Source: an uncultured Collinsella sp.
GTDB taxonomy: Bacteria > Actinomycetota > Coriobacteriia > Coriobacteriales > Coriobacteriaceae
Assembly: GCA_900551555.1 (NCBI GenBank)
Contig: URWC01000001.1
Location: 1,210-65,209 of the forward strand
Reading direction: 5' to 3'
DNA: 64,000 nucleotides
Shown here in pieces: positions 20,735 to 30,266 of the stretch; position 1 is the first letter of the stretch; every line of letters begins with the position of its first letter. The position numbers and the translations under genes are program-made. The notes under the pieces were generated by a model. That model was not told the DNA's origin. It did not search any database and was given only the letters and a program-made list of their open reading frames with translations.

Positions 20735-21817
20735 TTACTTCTCCTCAATAAGCTTGTCGACCTCGGCCATAAGCGCGTCGACAATTTGGTCCTCAGCTAC
20801 TTTACCAATGATCTGGCCATGCGAAAAGAGCAGGGCCTGACCTCGTCCACAGGCCACGCCTAGGTCGGCGTCGGAAGCCTCGCCGGGGCCATTAACGGCA
20901 CATCCCATGACGGCAATCGAAAGCGGCGCGGAGTAGTTCTTAAGCCGCTCGGTGACCTCCTCAGCAATGGGAATGAGGTCAACCTGGCAGCGGGCGCACG
21001 TGGGGCACGAGACAATCTCGGGACCACGGCGACGCAGGCCCAACGACTGCAGAATACCCCAGGCAACCGGCGGCTCCTCAACCGGATCGGCTGTGAGCGA
21101 CACACGCATGGTGTCACCAATGCCTTCGGAAAGCAAGATACCCAAGCCTACAGAGCTCTTGATGGTGCCCTGGAGCTTGGTACCCGCCTCGGTTACGCCC
21201 AGGTGAAGCGGAACGTGGGGAATCTCACGCGACAGGGCTCGATAGGTATCGAGCGTCGTCTGTACGCTATGGGCCTTGGCCGAAAGCACAATGTTCGTAA
21301 AGCCGCGGTCTTCAAAATGCTTGACGAAACGCTCGCTCGACATCACGAGCTTTTCGGGCTGCGTGAGGTCGTCGCGCTCGGCGATATCCTGCTCAAGCGA
21401 ACCGGCATTGACGCCGATACGAATCGCGCACCCAGCGGCGCCCGCGGCATCGATCACGGCATCGACCTTGGCCCAATCGCCAATGTTGCCGGGATTGATG
21501 CGGAGCTTGGCAGCACCGGCCTCCACAGCGCCAATGGCCAGCTTGTGGTTAAAGTGAATATCGGCGACGATCGGCACCGGAGACTCAGCACAGATGGTGC
21601 GGAAACCCTCAAGCGCGGCCTCGGTGGGCACGCTCACGCGCACGATATCGCAGCCAGTCTGCACCAACGCGCACACTTGCGCAAGCGTTGCCTGGGCATC
21701 AGCGGTATCGGTGCAGGTCATGGACTGAACCACGACCGGAGCGCCACCACCGATCTGCACGCCGCCCACATGCACGGGGCGCGTCAACTCGCGAGGCAAA
21801 GGATGGGATAAAGACAA
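20735..21817 (-). CDS. ispG: HMBPP synthase IspG
   Basis: VVQSMT, VADIHF, RINPGNIG, PLHLGVTEAG, GIGDT.RVSL, SCPTCAR, VMGC.VNGPGE; TTG start inferred from the GGGGAG SD. Confidence 0.95.
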   Translation of the reverse strand: MSLSHPLPRELTRPVHVGGVQIGGGAPVVVQSMTCTDTADAQATLAQVCALVQTGCDIVRVSVPTEAALEGFRTICAESPVPIVADIHFNHKLAIGAVEAGAAKLRINPGNIGDWAKVDAVIDAAGAAGCAIRIGVNAGSLEQDIAERDDLTQPEKLVMSSERFVKHFEDRGFTNIVLSAKAHSVQTTLDTYRALSREIPHVPLHLGVTEAGTKLQGTIKSSVGLGILLSEGIGDTMRVSLTADPVEEPPVAWGILQSLGLRRRGPEIVSCPTCARCQVDLIPIAEEVTERLKNYSAPLSIAVMGCAVNGPGEASDADLGVACGRGQALLFSHGQIIGKVAEDQIVDALMAEVDKLIEEK

Positions 21818-21830
21818 TCCAAACACTCCC

Positions 21831-23192
21831 CTACAGAATAAATCGAAGGATGTCGGAACGAAGCATATAGACAAACAGCAGCACAAAGAGCGCGATGCCC
21901 ACATAGCTCACAATCGTCTGGACCTTGAGCGGAAGCTCGCGGCCAGCAATCTTTTGAATGATCTCGATGACCAGCTTGCCGCCATCGAGTGGTGGGATGG
22001 GCAGCAGGTTCATAAAGCCAAGCGAGAACGAAATGAGGGCGGCAAACGAAAGGAACGTGGCAGGGCCGGCAGCAGCAGCCTGTGAGGACATAACGCTAAT
22101 GCCCACGATCGAAGAAGACTGATCGAGAATCTCCATCGTATGCTGCGGCTGGAGCAGGCGCATCACGCCCTCCGCTGTCTGCACGACATAGGAGAACGAA
22201 AGTCGAGCCGACGTGATGGGGTCTAAACGGACCACCTGCGTAGAGGCATACACACCTAGGCGCTCGTCCTCTTTGAGCGCAACCGCGGTCGAATGCTGCT
22301 TGCCGTCACGCTCGTACTCGATGGCGATATCGTCCTTACCGGCAGCCTTACCGATGGCATCGTAAACGTCCATCCAGGTAGAGCACGATACTCCGTCAAC
22401 CGAAAGGATCGCGTCGCCGCCCTCGATACCCGCCTTGGCGGCAATAGACCCCTCGTCAACCTGACCGATCACGTTGGTATCCATCGGCACGGTGACACCC
22501 GCAATAGAGTAGATGCTCATAAGCAGCAAAAAGCCCGTCAGGATATTGACGAGAATGCCCGCGAGCAACATAAAGGCGCGCTTGAGAAAGCCCTGGCCAA
22601 GATAGGTGTGCGAACGCTCTTGTGCAAGGAACTCGGCCTCGCCGCACGGCAGCTCCCACACATCGCCCTCGGCAGTTGAATGTTCGCGATCGAAACGGCG
22701 GCCGTCAAAGGTAGTGTAACCCGCCGCATCTCGCGGCAGCGTCTGATACTTGGTGGGATAGTAGCTCGGCGAGGGCTTCTCCCCTTCCTCATACCAGGGT
22801 GCGATGGAACCCCAGCCCAGCAACAGGGCGCATGCCTCGAGCACATCCTCCTCGGAAAGCTCAAGCTCGACAGCAAGGTCGGCCACGGTCACGCGACCAT
22901 GACGATAGATAGCCGCGAGCACGCGGTCGGCACACGAGACGTCGGTCGGATCCATACCGCAAATGGCAGCGTAGCCACCCAGCAGCAGCGGGGTCACGCC
23001 AAACTTGGTTCCAATGCGACGCGACGTGTAATGAATGTCAAAGCGGCACGGCAGGCCCAAAAAGAACTCGGTCACACGGACGCCGCAGGCACGCGCCGCC
23101 AAAAAGTGGCCGCCCTCGTGCAAAAACACGAGGACGGAAAGCATCAGCAGGCCCCAAAAGACCGATGAGAGAACGCTCAGAACAGTATCCAT
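21831..23192 (-). CDS. rseP: Site-2 intramembrane metalloprotease RseP (one PDZ domain), with an unusual insertion
   Basis: HEGGH zinc motif, LGGY, PDZ domain, NLLPIPPLDGG; dxr-rseP-ispG synteny. Confidence 0.93.
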   Translation of the reverse strand: MDTVLSVLSSVFWGLLMLSVLVFLHEGGHFLAARACGVRVTEFFLGLPCRFDIHYTSRRIGTKFGVTPLLLGGYAAICGMDPTDVSCADRVLAAIYRHGRVTVADLAVELELSEEDVLEACALLLGWGSIAPWYEEGEKPSPSYYPTKYQTLPRDAAGYTTFDGRRFDREHSTAEGDVWELPCGEAEFLAQERSHTYLGQGFLKRAFMLLAGILVNILTGFLLLMSIYSIAGVTVPMDTNVIGQVDEGSIAAKAGIEGGDAILSVDGVSCSTWMDVYDAIGKAAGKDDIAIEYERDGKQHSTAVALKEDERLGVYASTQVVRLDPITSARLSFSYVVQTAEGVMRLLQPQHTMEILDQSSSIVGISVMSSQAAAAGPATFLSFAALISFSLGFMNLLPIPPLDGGKLVIEIIQKIAGRELPLKVQTIVSYVGIALFVLLFVYMLRSDILRFIL

Positions 23193-23217
23193 AAAACGAA
23201 AAAGCAATCCTTATGGG

Positions 23218-24405
23218 TTAGGAACGGGTTGCGACGAGTACCTGCGCAGCCTTTTCACGCGCCCACGCATCGATGTCGCGAAGCTGCTCAAACGAATCGA
23301 CCGCCTGCACATCGTGGGCATCCATGCAGGATTCCACAATGCGATCGATATCGGTAAAGCTGCAGCCATCGCGCAGGAAGGCATCGACGGCGACCTCGTT
23401 GGCGGCATTGAGCACGCACGGCATGGTGCCACCCGTCTTGCCGGCACGCTCGGCCAGTGCCAGACAGCGGAAGGTATCCATGTCGGCAGCATCAAACGTG
23501 AGCTGCCCCAACTCGCGAAAATCGATACGAGGCGCCGGAGTATCCCAACGCTCGGGATACGAGAACGCGAACTGGATGGGAATACGCATGTCGGAAGCAC
23601 CGAGATGCGCCATCACGGAGCCGTCGGAGAACTCGACCATAGAGTGAATCTTGGACTGACGCTGCACGACCACGTTAATGAAATCGAGGTCGCAGTTAAA
23701 CAGATGCATGGCCTCAATGCGCTCCAGGCCCTTGTTCATGAGGGTGGCGGAGTCGATGGTGATCTTGGCGCCCATGGCCCACGTGGGATGTGCGAGGGCA
23801 TCGGCACGCGTCACGCGGTCGAGCTCGTCGCGCGTGCGGCCAAAAAACGGACCGCCCGAGCAGGTGAGCCAAATACAATGAGCCTCGCGTGGGTTCTCCC
23901 CCAGATAGCACTGGAAGATGGCGGAGTGCTCAGAGTCGACTGGAATAAGCTGGCCCGGTTGCGCCAACGGCATAAGCAAGTCGCCACCGACGACGAGGGA
24001 CTCCTTGTTGGCAAGGGCAAGGCGCTTATTTGAGGTCAAGGCCGCATGGCTCGCCTCGAGACCGGCGGCACCCACAATAGCGACGAGTACGCAGTCGACA
24101 TCGTCGCGACGCGCGAGCTCGCAAACCGCCTGCGCGCCAACGCCGAGCTTCGTTCCCTCGGGCAACTCCTGCAGCACGGCGTCATCGCCATGAGCGACAT
24201 CGGCCACGGCAACCGCCGAAACCGAGAATTCGCGGGCAGCGGCAACAAGCTCGGAGGTACTGGAGTTAACGGACAGCGCCGTCACCTGCAGGCGATCGGC
24301 ATGCTGGCGGCACACATCGAGCGCCTGGGTGCCGATGGAGCCCGTACAACCCAGGATGGCAACACGGAGGCGTCCATCGGGGCCATACGTCGTCTGGAAT
24401 GACAT
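23218..24405 (-). CDS. dxr: 1-deoxy-D-xylulose 5-phosphate reductoisomerase
   Basis: ILG.TGSIGTQAL, LALANKESLV, PVDSEHSAIFQ, HPTW.MG.KITIDSAT.MNKGLE. Confidence 0.97.
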   Translation of the reverse strand: MSFQTTYGPDGRLRVAILGCTGSIGTQALDVCRQHADRLQVTALSVNSSTSELVAAAREFSVSAVAVADVAHGDDAVLQELPEGTKLGVGAQAVCELARRDDVDCVLVAIVGAAGLEASHAALTSNKRLALANKESLVVGGDLLMPLAQPGQLIPVDSEHSAIFQCYLGENPREAHCIWLTCSGGPFFGRTRDELDRVTRADALAHPTWAMGAKITIDSATLMNKGLERIEAMHLFNCDLDFINVVVQRQSKIHSMVEFSDGSVMAHLGASDMRIPIQFAFSYPERWDTPAPRIDFRELGQLTFDAADMDTFRCLALAERAGKTGGTMPCVLNAANEVAVDAFLRDGCSFTDIDRIVESCMDAHDVQAVDSFEQLRDIDAWAREKAAQVLVATRS

Positions 24406-25304
24406 TACAGCACGCCTCCGATCATCAGCATCAGCTGCGCGGTGATGCAGCCGAAGATAAGCGAATCGCTACGATCGAGCATGCCGCCGTGGCCCGGGAT
24501 AAGGTTGCCGGAATCCTTGACGCCCACACCGCGCTTGATGCGCGACTCGATAAGGTCGCCGATAACGCCCAGAATGGACACGACCACGCCGCACAGCAGC
24601 GCATAGGGCAGGCTGAGCTTGAAGAAATGCGTCGCCCACAGGATGAGCCAAATCAAAACCGAGCCCAGGATGCCGCCAACAAACCCCTCCCAGCTCTTTT
24701 TGGGAGAGATCTTGGGAACCATCTTGTGCTTGCCGATACGGCTGCCCACGATGTAGGCAAACGAATCGGAGACCCAAAGGGACGCGCAAACGCCCACCGA
24801 AAGCAAGGCGCCGGCAAAACCGGGCACGGCATCGCGCAGCAGCACGATAGCCGACAGCATAAAGCCAGTGTAGATAGGACCCATGAGCGTCACGGCCACA
24901 TCAGAGATGCGGGTACGCGGCGACCAGACATACCAAATGCCCACAGCGAGCATCAGGGCAAAAAGCAGGGCATTCAGCAACATCGAATCGCCCAACGCCG
25001 ACAGCGGAAAGAGTACGGCGGCAGCGATACCCATGCGCTCGTTAGCCATCTTGCCATCGAGCCTCGTCATACGGAAAAACTCATAGCAGCACAGACCGCT
25101 CATGACAGAAACAAAGATGGCCGTGGGCACGATACCCAAAACCAGGCACAGGATAAAGACAACGGCGTAAACGATACCGGCGGCGGCACGGGTGATAAAG
25201 CCCGCAAGCCACGAACCGGTGCCATTCTTCGCTGCGGGCGCTCCCGCAGCGACAGCCTTGCGCCCAGATGTCTTGGGAGCAGTTGCCTTGGGACGATCGA
25301 ACAC
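24405..25304 (-). CDS. cdsA: Phosphatidate cytidylyltransferase
   Basis: ISPKKSWEG, GDL.ES..KR..GVKDSG.LIPGHGG.LDR.DS. Confidence 0.95.
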   Translation of the reverse strand: MFDRPKATAPKTSGRKAVAAGAPAAKNGTGSWLAGFITRAAAGIVYAVVFILCLVLGIVPTAIFVSVMSGLCCYEFFRMTRLDGKMANERMGIAAAVLFPLSALGDSMLLNALLFALMLAVGIWYVWSPRTRISDVAVTLMGPIYTGFMLSAIVLLRDAVPGFAGALLSVGVCASLWVSDSFAYIVGSRIGKHKMVPKISPKKSWEGFVGGILGSVLIWLILWATHFFKLSLPYALLCGVVVSILGVIGDLIESRIKRGVGVKDSGNLIPGHGGMLDRSDSLIFGCITAQLMLMIGGVL

Positions 25305-25306
25305 GA

Positions 25307-26101
25307 TTAAGCCTCCTCGGTCTTGCTCAGACCACCAAACCTACGGTCACGGCCCTGATAGGCCAAAATGGCGTCGACAAGGCCCCAACGATCAAAGTCG
25401 GGCCAATAGGTATCGGTGACGTAGAATTCGGAATAAGCCACCTGCCACAGCAGATAGTTCGAAAGGCGCAGCTCACCAGAAGTGCGAATCACAAGCTCAG
25501 GATCGGGAAGGCCGGCGGTATAGAGGTGGGAAGCCACCATGTCGTCATCAATTGCGGCAGGATCGATCTTACCGGCGGCAGCGTCGAGTGCGATCTGACG
25601 GACAGCGCGGGTAATCTCGGCACGCGCGCCGTAGTTGACGGCAAGCGCCAGCGTCATGCCGGTGTGATCGGCGCACTCAGCAAGACCGCGTTCAAAAACG
25701 TCGCGGGTCTTCTTGGGCAGCGCGGAAATGTCACCCAAAAAGACAACGCGCACGTTTTCGCGCTTCAGAAGCGGCAGCTCGTCGATGAACGTCTTGGCAA
25801 ACAGGTGCATCAGAACGTTGACTTCGTGCTGAGGGCGATTCCAGTTTTCGGTCGAAAACGCATAGGCAGAAAGCACGTCGACGCCCAGACGCACGCAGGC
25901 GGTAATAATCTCACGAAGGGAGACGATACCCGCCTTGTGGCCCTCAGTGCGCGCAAGACCGCGCGACGTGGCCCAGCGACCGTTGCCGTCCATGATGCAC
26001 GAGATATGGTGCGGAATGTTATTGAGGTCAAGGTCGGAAAAACCGACGCCCGCAGGGGCGTCGGCAAAGTACTCGACCAGTTTATGCTCGTCGTATTGCA
26101 C
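25307..26101 (-). CDS. uppS: Undecaprenyl diphosphate synthase
   Basis: IMDGNGRWA, YAFSTENW.RP, IRTSGE.RLSNYLLWQ, R.RRFGG. Confidence 0.97.
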   Translation of the reverse strand: MQYDEHKLVEYFADAPAGVGFSDLDLNNIPHHISCIMDGNGRWATSRGLARTEGHKAGIVSLREIITACVRLGVDVLSAYAFSTENWNRPQHEVNVLMHLFAKTFIDELPLLKRENVRVVFLGDISALPKKTRDVFERGLAECADHTGMTLALAVNYGARAEITRAVRQIALDAAAGKIDPAAIDDDMVASHLYTAGLPDPELVIRTSGELRLSNYLLWQVAYSEFYVTDTYWPDFDRWGLVDAILAYQGRDRRFGGLSKTEEA

Positions 26102-26102
26102 C

Positions 26103-26639
26103 TTAGATCTCCATGACCTCGGCTTCTTTTTCCTTCAGAAGCTCCTCGACCTTGGCGACATACTCATCGGTGTGCTTCTGGACCTTGGCCTGCTCGCGAC
26201 GGACATCGTCCTCGGTGAGCTCCTCATCGCGCTCGAGCTTGTTGTTGAAGTCGCGACGGATGTTACGGATAGACACCTTGGCCTGCTCGGCGTACTCGCG
26301 GCACTCCTTGACGAGCTCGCGACGGCGCTCCTCAGTGGGAGCCGGGAACGGAAGACGAACGACGGTGCCATCGGAGTTGGGGGTAATACCCAGATCGGAA
26401 GCGCCGATGGCCTTGACGATAGCATTGATGAGTGCCTTGTCCCACGGCTCGATGAGCAGCATGTGGGCCTCGGGGGTCTTGACGGCGGCAACCTGCGTGA
26501 CCGGCGTGGAAACACCGTAATAATCGACGGTGATGTCGGACAGAATGTTGGCATTGGCGCGGCCGGTACGGACCTTGGAGAAGTTATGCTTGAGGGACTC
26601 GAGCGACTTGTCCATATGGGCGGTGATGTTATCTGCCAT
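26103..26639 (-). CDS. frr: Ribosome recycling factor
   Basis: VRTGRAN, VDYYG, PT.ERR.ELVK, IRNIRRD, KE.E.M.I. Confidence 0.97.
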   Translation of the reverse strand: MADNITAHMDKSLESLKHNFSKVRTGRANANILSDITVDYYGVSTPVTQVAAVKTPEAHMLLIEPWDKALINAIVKAIGASDLGITPNSDGTVVRLPFPAPTEERRRELVKECREYAEQAKVSIRNIRRDFNNKLERDEELTEDDVRREQAKVQKHTDEYVAKVEELLKEKEAEVMEI

Positions 26640-26641
26640 GC

Positions 26642-27364
26642 TTAATCCTCCTGATAGACGAGCGTGCCGACGGGCTCACCCGAAAGCGCGCGCTTGACGG
26701 TGTCCTCGCCATCGATGTTGAGGACCAAAATCGGCATACGGTTATCCTGGCACAGTGCCGTAGCCGTGGAATCCATAACCTGCAGACCGCGGACGAGAAC
26801 CTCGTGATAGGTAATCTTGTCAAAACGGACGGCATCGGCGCACTTGACGGGATCCTTGTCGTAGATGCCGTCAACCTTGGTGGCTTTAATCAGAATCTCG
26901 GCGCCGATCTCGCACGCACGAAGAGCCGCGGCGGTGTCGGTCGTAAAGTACGGATTGCCCGAACCGGCGGCAAAAATAACGACGTTGCCCTTGGAAAGGT
27001 GGTTGATGGCGCGACGGCGAATATAGGGCTCGCAGATCTCGTTCATCTGGATAGCGCTCATCACGCGGCAGGGAACATCGTTATGCTCGAAGGCATCCTG
27101 CAGGGCGAGCGCGTTCATAACGGTTGCCAGCATGCCCATGTAGTCGGCCTGAGCACGCTCCATGCCACCGGCAGCGCCGGCCATGCCGCGGAAAATATTG
27201 CCGCCGCCGACAACGACGCCGACCTCATGGCCAACGGCGAGCAGCTCCTTGACCTGCTTGGCAAGATGGTCGGTAACCTTGGGGTCGATGCCATATTGGC
27301 CGTCGCCCATCAGCGCTTCGCCGGAAAGCTTAAGAAGCACGCGTTTATATCGGATGTCGGACAA
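26642..27364 (-). CDS. pyrH: UMP kinase
   Basis: [36 protein letters not shown]. Confidence 0.97.
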   Translation of the reverse strand: MSDIRYKRVLLKLSGEALMGDGQYGIDPKVTDHLAKQVKELLAVGHEVGVVVGGGNIFRGMAGAAGGMERAQADYMGMLATVMNALALQDAFEHNDVPCRVMSAIQMNEICEPYIRRRAINHLSKGNVVIFAAGSGNPYFTTDTAAALRACEIGAEILIKATKVDGIYDKDPVKCADAVRFDKITYHEVLVRGLQVMDSTATALCQDNRMPILVLNIDGEDTVKRALSGEPVGTLVYQED

Positions 27365-27424
27365 AGCGATCCTCCTTTAGATTGAACTCTCAACATTCTA
27401 TCAAAGGCTCTAAGAAGAGCCATG

Positions 27425-27459
27425 AAAAAGCAGGCTGTGAGTAAAACCCACAGCCTGCT
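27425..27459 (-). terminator. Intrinsic terminator after tsf
   Basis: AGCAGGCTGTG/CACAGCCTGCT stem with a T-run. Confidence 0.75.
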
Positions 27460-27482
27460 CATTACCAGCTACAAGAGCTTAT

Positions 27483-28352
27483 TTACTCGCCACGGACCAG
27501 ACGGTCAAAGGCAACGACGGTAATGGTGTCGCCGAGCTCCTTGGAGACCTGCTCAGCGTACTTCTTGATGGTGAGGGAGCTGTCCTTGATGAACTCCTGC
27601 TCGGTGAGCACGGACTGCTTGTAGAACTTCTCCAGACGGCCGACAGCCATCTTCTCCTGAATGGCCTCGGGCTTGCCGGACTCGGCAGCCTGAGCCATGT
27701 AGATCTGCTTCTCGTGCTCGACGGTCTCGGCCGGAACCTGATCGCGGGTAGCGCAGATCGGGGCGACAGCGGCAACCTGAAGGGCAACGTCGTGAGCGAA
27801 GGTCTTGAAGGATTCAGCCTGAGCGGTCTCAGCCTTCTCGAAGGCGAACTCGACGAGGACGCCGATCTTACCACCCATGTGGATGTAAGAAGCGAGCGCG
27901 CCGTTCTCAGCCTTGCGGGCAGCGAAGCGGGAGATCTTCATGTTCTCGCCCATGATGTGAATCATCTCGGTGAGCTCGGAGGAAACGGTCTCCTCGCCCA
28001 TCGGCTTCTCGAGCAGAGCGTCGACGTCAGCAGGCTCGGTGGTAGCGACAACCACAGCGACCTTGGAAGCAAAGCCGGTGAACTTGGCGTTAGAGCCAAC
28101 GAAGTCGGTCTCGCAGGAGAGCTCGAGCAGAGCGCCGGTCTTGCCATCCTCGGAGACGAACGCGGCGACAGCGCCCTCGTTGGTCTCACGGCCAGCCTTC
28201 TTGGCAGCCTTGGCAAGGCCGTTCTTACGCAGAACGTCGACAGCGGCGTCCATGTCGCCGTCAGCCTCGACGAGAGCCTTCTTGCACTCCATCATCGGGG
28301 AGTCGGTCATCTCGCGGAGCTGCTTGACCATAGCGGCGGTAATCTGGGCCAT
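27483..28352 (-). CDS. tsf: Elongation factor Ts
   Basis: ITA..VK.LRE.T...MMECKKAL, CETDFV, GEN..I.RF. Confidence 0.97.
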   Translation of the reverse strand: MAQITAAMVKQLREMTDSPMMECKKALVEADGDMDAAVDVLRKNGLAKAAKKAGRETNEGAVAAFVSEDGKTGALLELSCETDFVGSNAKFTGFASKVAVVVATTEPADVDALLEKPMGEETVSSELTEMIHIMGENMKISRFAARKAENGALASYIHMGGKIGVLVEFAFEKAETAQAESFKTFAHDVALQVAAVAPICATRDQVPAETVEHEKQIYMAQAAESGKPEAIQEKMAVGRLEKFYKQSVLTEQEFIKDSSLTIKKYAEQVSKELGDTITVVAFDRLVRGE

Positions 28353-28397
28353 TGTGGTTCCTTTCAAAGAGATGAAAAAGAATTAACTAAGACTGAT

Positions 28398-29126
28398 TTA
28401 CTCGGCCTTGGGCTCAGCGGCCATCTCGGCCTCGGAGACCTGCTCCTTACCAGAGCCAGCGAGGCAGGCGTCAGCCATGAGCTCGCACATAAGGGTGACA
28501 GCGGAGATAGCGTCATCGTTGCAGGGGATGCCGTACTCGACCTCGTCGGGATCGGAGTTGGTGTCGATCAGGGCGACGACGGGGATGTTCAGGCGCTGAG
28601 CCTCCTTGATGGCGTTCTCCTCGCGCTTGGTGTCGATGACGAAGAGAGCCTGGGGCAGACCCTTCATGTCGCGGGCGCCACCGAGGTTGGTCTGGAGCTT
28701 GGTGAGCTCCTTGCCGAGAACAGCCTGCTCCTTCTTGGGCAGAACAGCCATGCGGCCGTCCTCGACCATGGCCTCGAGCTCCTCCATGCGGTTGATGCGG
28801 GAGCGGATGGTGACGAAGTTGGTCAGCATACCGCCGAGCCAACGCTGGTTGATGTAAGGCATGTTGGCGCGCTCAGCAGCGTTCTTGACGGCCTCCTGAG
28901 CCTGCTTCTTGGTGCCGACGAATAGCACGTTGCCACCCTTGGCGACGTTCTTGACGAAGGTGTAGGCCTGGTCGGCGTCGAGGATGGTCTGCTTGAGGTC
29001 GAGGATGTAGATGCCGTTGCGCTCACCGAAGATGAACGGCTTCATCTTGGGGTTCCAGCGACGGGTCTGGTGACCGAAGTGGCAGCCGGCCTCGAGCAGG
29101 GTGCGGATATTAATCTTGGTAGCCAT
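28398..29126 (-). CDS. rpsB: 30S ribosomal protein S2
   Basis: [42 protein letters not shown]. Confidence 0.98.
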   Translation of the reverse strand: MATKINIRTLLEAGCHFGHQTRRWNPKMKPFIFGERNGIYILDLKQTILDADQAYTFVKNVAKGGNVLFVGTKKQAQEAVKNAAERANMPYINQRWLGGMLTNFVTIRSRINRMEELEAMVEDGRMAVLPKKEQAVLGKELTKLQTNLGGARDMKGLPQALFVIDTKREENAIKEAQRLNIPVVALIDTNSDPDEVEYGIPCNDDAISAVTLMCELMADACLAGSGKEQVSEAEMAAEPKAE

Positions 29127-29129
29127 GTT

Positions 29130-29260
29130 AAACCTCCTGTGGTTTGCCTCCGCGCGGGGTCATCCTCCAAAACCAACCCGGACATGTGCTACCAAAGCCC
29201 GGGCACCACGGTATGAAGTAGCCGCGCGTGCGTGATAAAAACATGTTGCCGTGAAGCAAC
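29130..29260 (-). promoter_or_regulatory. Structured rpsB leader (probable S2 autoregulatory RNA)
   Basis: CGCGCGG...CCGCGCG outer helix with internal CCCGG/CCGGG pairing, lying between the promoter and the AGGAGG SD; resemblance to S2 leaders is from memory. Confidence 0.5.
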
Positions 29261-29267
29261 CCGATGA

Positions 29268-29296
29268 ATGATAGCAGGAATGCCTCTTCCTGCCAA
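29268..29296 (-). promoter_or_regulatory. sigma-A promoter of rpsB-tsf
   Basis: TTGGCA-N17-TATCAT with an extended -10 TG. Confidence 0.65.
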
Positions 29297-29345
29297 CCCG
29301 CAATCAAAACCACACACCTGAGTGCGGCGCGGGACGTCCCAGCCA

Positions 29346-30266
29346 CTATTCGCCGCGGGGATGGGCTTGAGCCACGGCACGTTTAAGCCGATCGAGTGTG
29401 AGATGCGTGTAGATCTGCGTCGTGGACAGGCTCGCATGACCTAGCAGCTCTTGAACCGAGCGCAGGTCCGCACCGCCCTCGAGCAAGTCGGTCGCAAAGG
29501 TATGGCGCATCGCATGCGGGGCGATGTCAGCCGGAATGCCGGCGAGCGTCGCCAGCGTATGGAACCGCCGCCGAAGCATCGCGGCGCTCATGCGATTGCC
29601 GCGCGCCGATATAAGCAGCGGATGCGGCCCGGTAGCGAGGTCGCGGCGCTTTGCCCGAGCGAGCAACTCCGGCCTCCCCTCTTCAATATAGAGACGCGTC
29701 ACATCGAGCGCACGACGATACAGAGGGACGATACGCTCCTTGCTCCCCTTGCCCCACAGGCGCAGCGTGCGCTCGGACCATGAGATGGATTCCACATTGA
29801 GCGCCGCAAGCTCTGAGATGCGGGCACCCGAGGCATAGAGCAACTCGAGCATCGCCGCATCGCGCAGTCCCGCGGGTGTTGAGGTATCAGGCGTCTTGAG
29901 CAGCGCCTCGACCCGCTGGGTCGTAAGGACGCCCGGCAGGTCACGCGGCAGCTTGGGCGACGCGATCGCCGAGACCGCATCGCCCTCGACAATCCCCTCG
30001 GCAGCCATCCAGCGATAGAGAGATCGGATAGCCGACAGGTGCGCCGCAAGCGTTCGGGGAGCCACCTGCTCACGCGAAAGCTCAGCAAGATAGCGACGAA
30101 TGGTGCGCACGTCGGCAGCGAAAGCATCAATATCCTCGCGCTCGCACCAGGCAGCAAAGCGCTCCAGTCTCGAGCCATAGGCCGTCACCGTGTTGGGAGA
30201 AAGCCCCTCAACGCGTGCGATATAGGCGATAAAAGAGTCGACGGTGTCGTACAGGTCAAAGGCTAT
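29346..30266 (-). CDS. xerC: Tyrosine recombinase XerC/XerD family
   Basis: Catalytic set LYASGARISE, GKG.KER.VP, PHAMRHTFAT.LL, LLGHASLSTTQIYTH. The N-terminal domain extends upstream of the track's GTG to an ATA at 30266. XerC versus XerD assigned by synteny only. Confidence 0.88.
   Translation of the reverse strand: MAFDLYDTVDSFIAYIARVEGLSPNTVTAYGSRLERFAAWCEREDIDAFAADVRTIRRYLAELSREQVAPRTLAAHLSAIRSLYRWMAAEGIVEGDAVSAIASPKLPRDLPGVLTTQRVEALLKTPDTSTPAGLRDAAMLELLYASGARISELAALNVESISWSERTLRLWGKGSKERIVPLYRRALDVTRLYIEEGRPELLARAKRRDLATGPHPLLISARGNRMSAAMLRRRFHTLATLAGIPADIAPHAMRHTFATDLLEGGADLRSVQELLGHASLSTTQIYTHLTLDRLKRAVAQAHPRGE

Noticed and set aside
29346..30266. Phage or island integrase
   Set aside because: Xer size and motifs, core-gene synteny, no cargo, tRNA or att site nearby.
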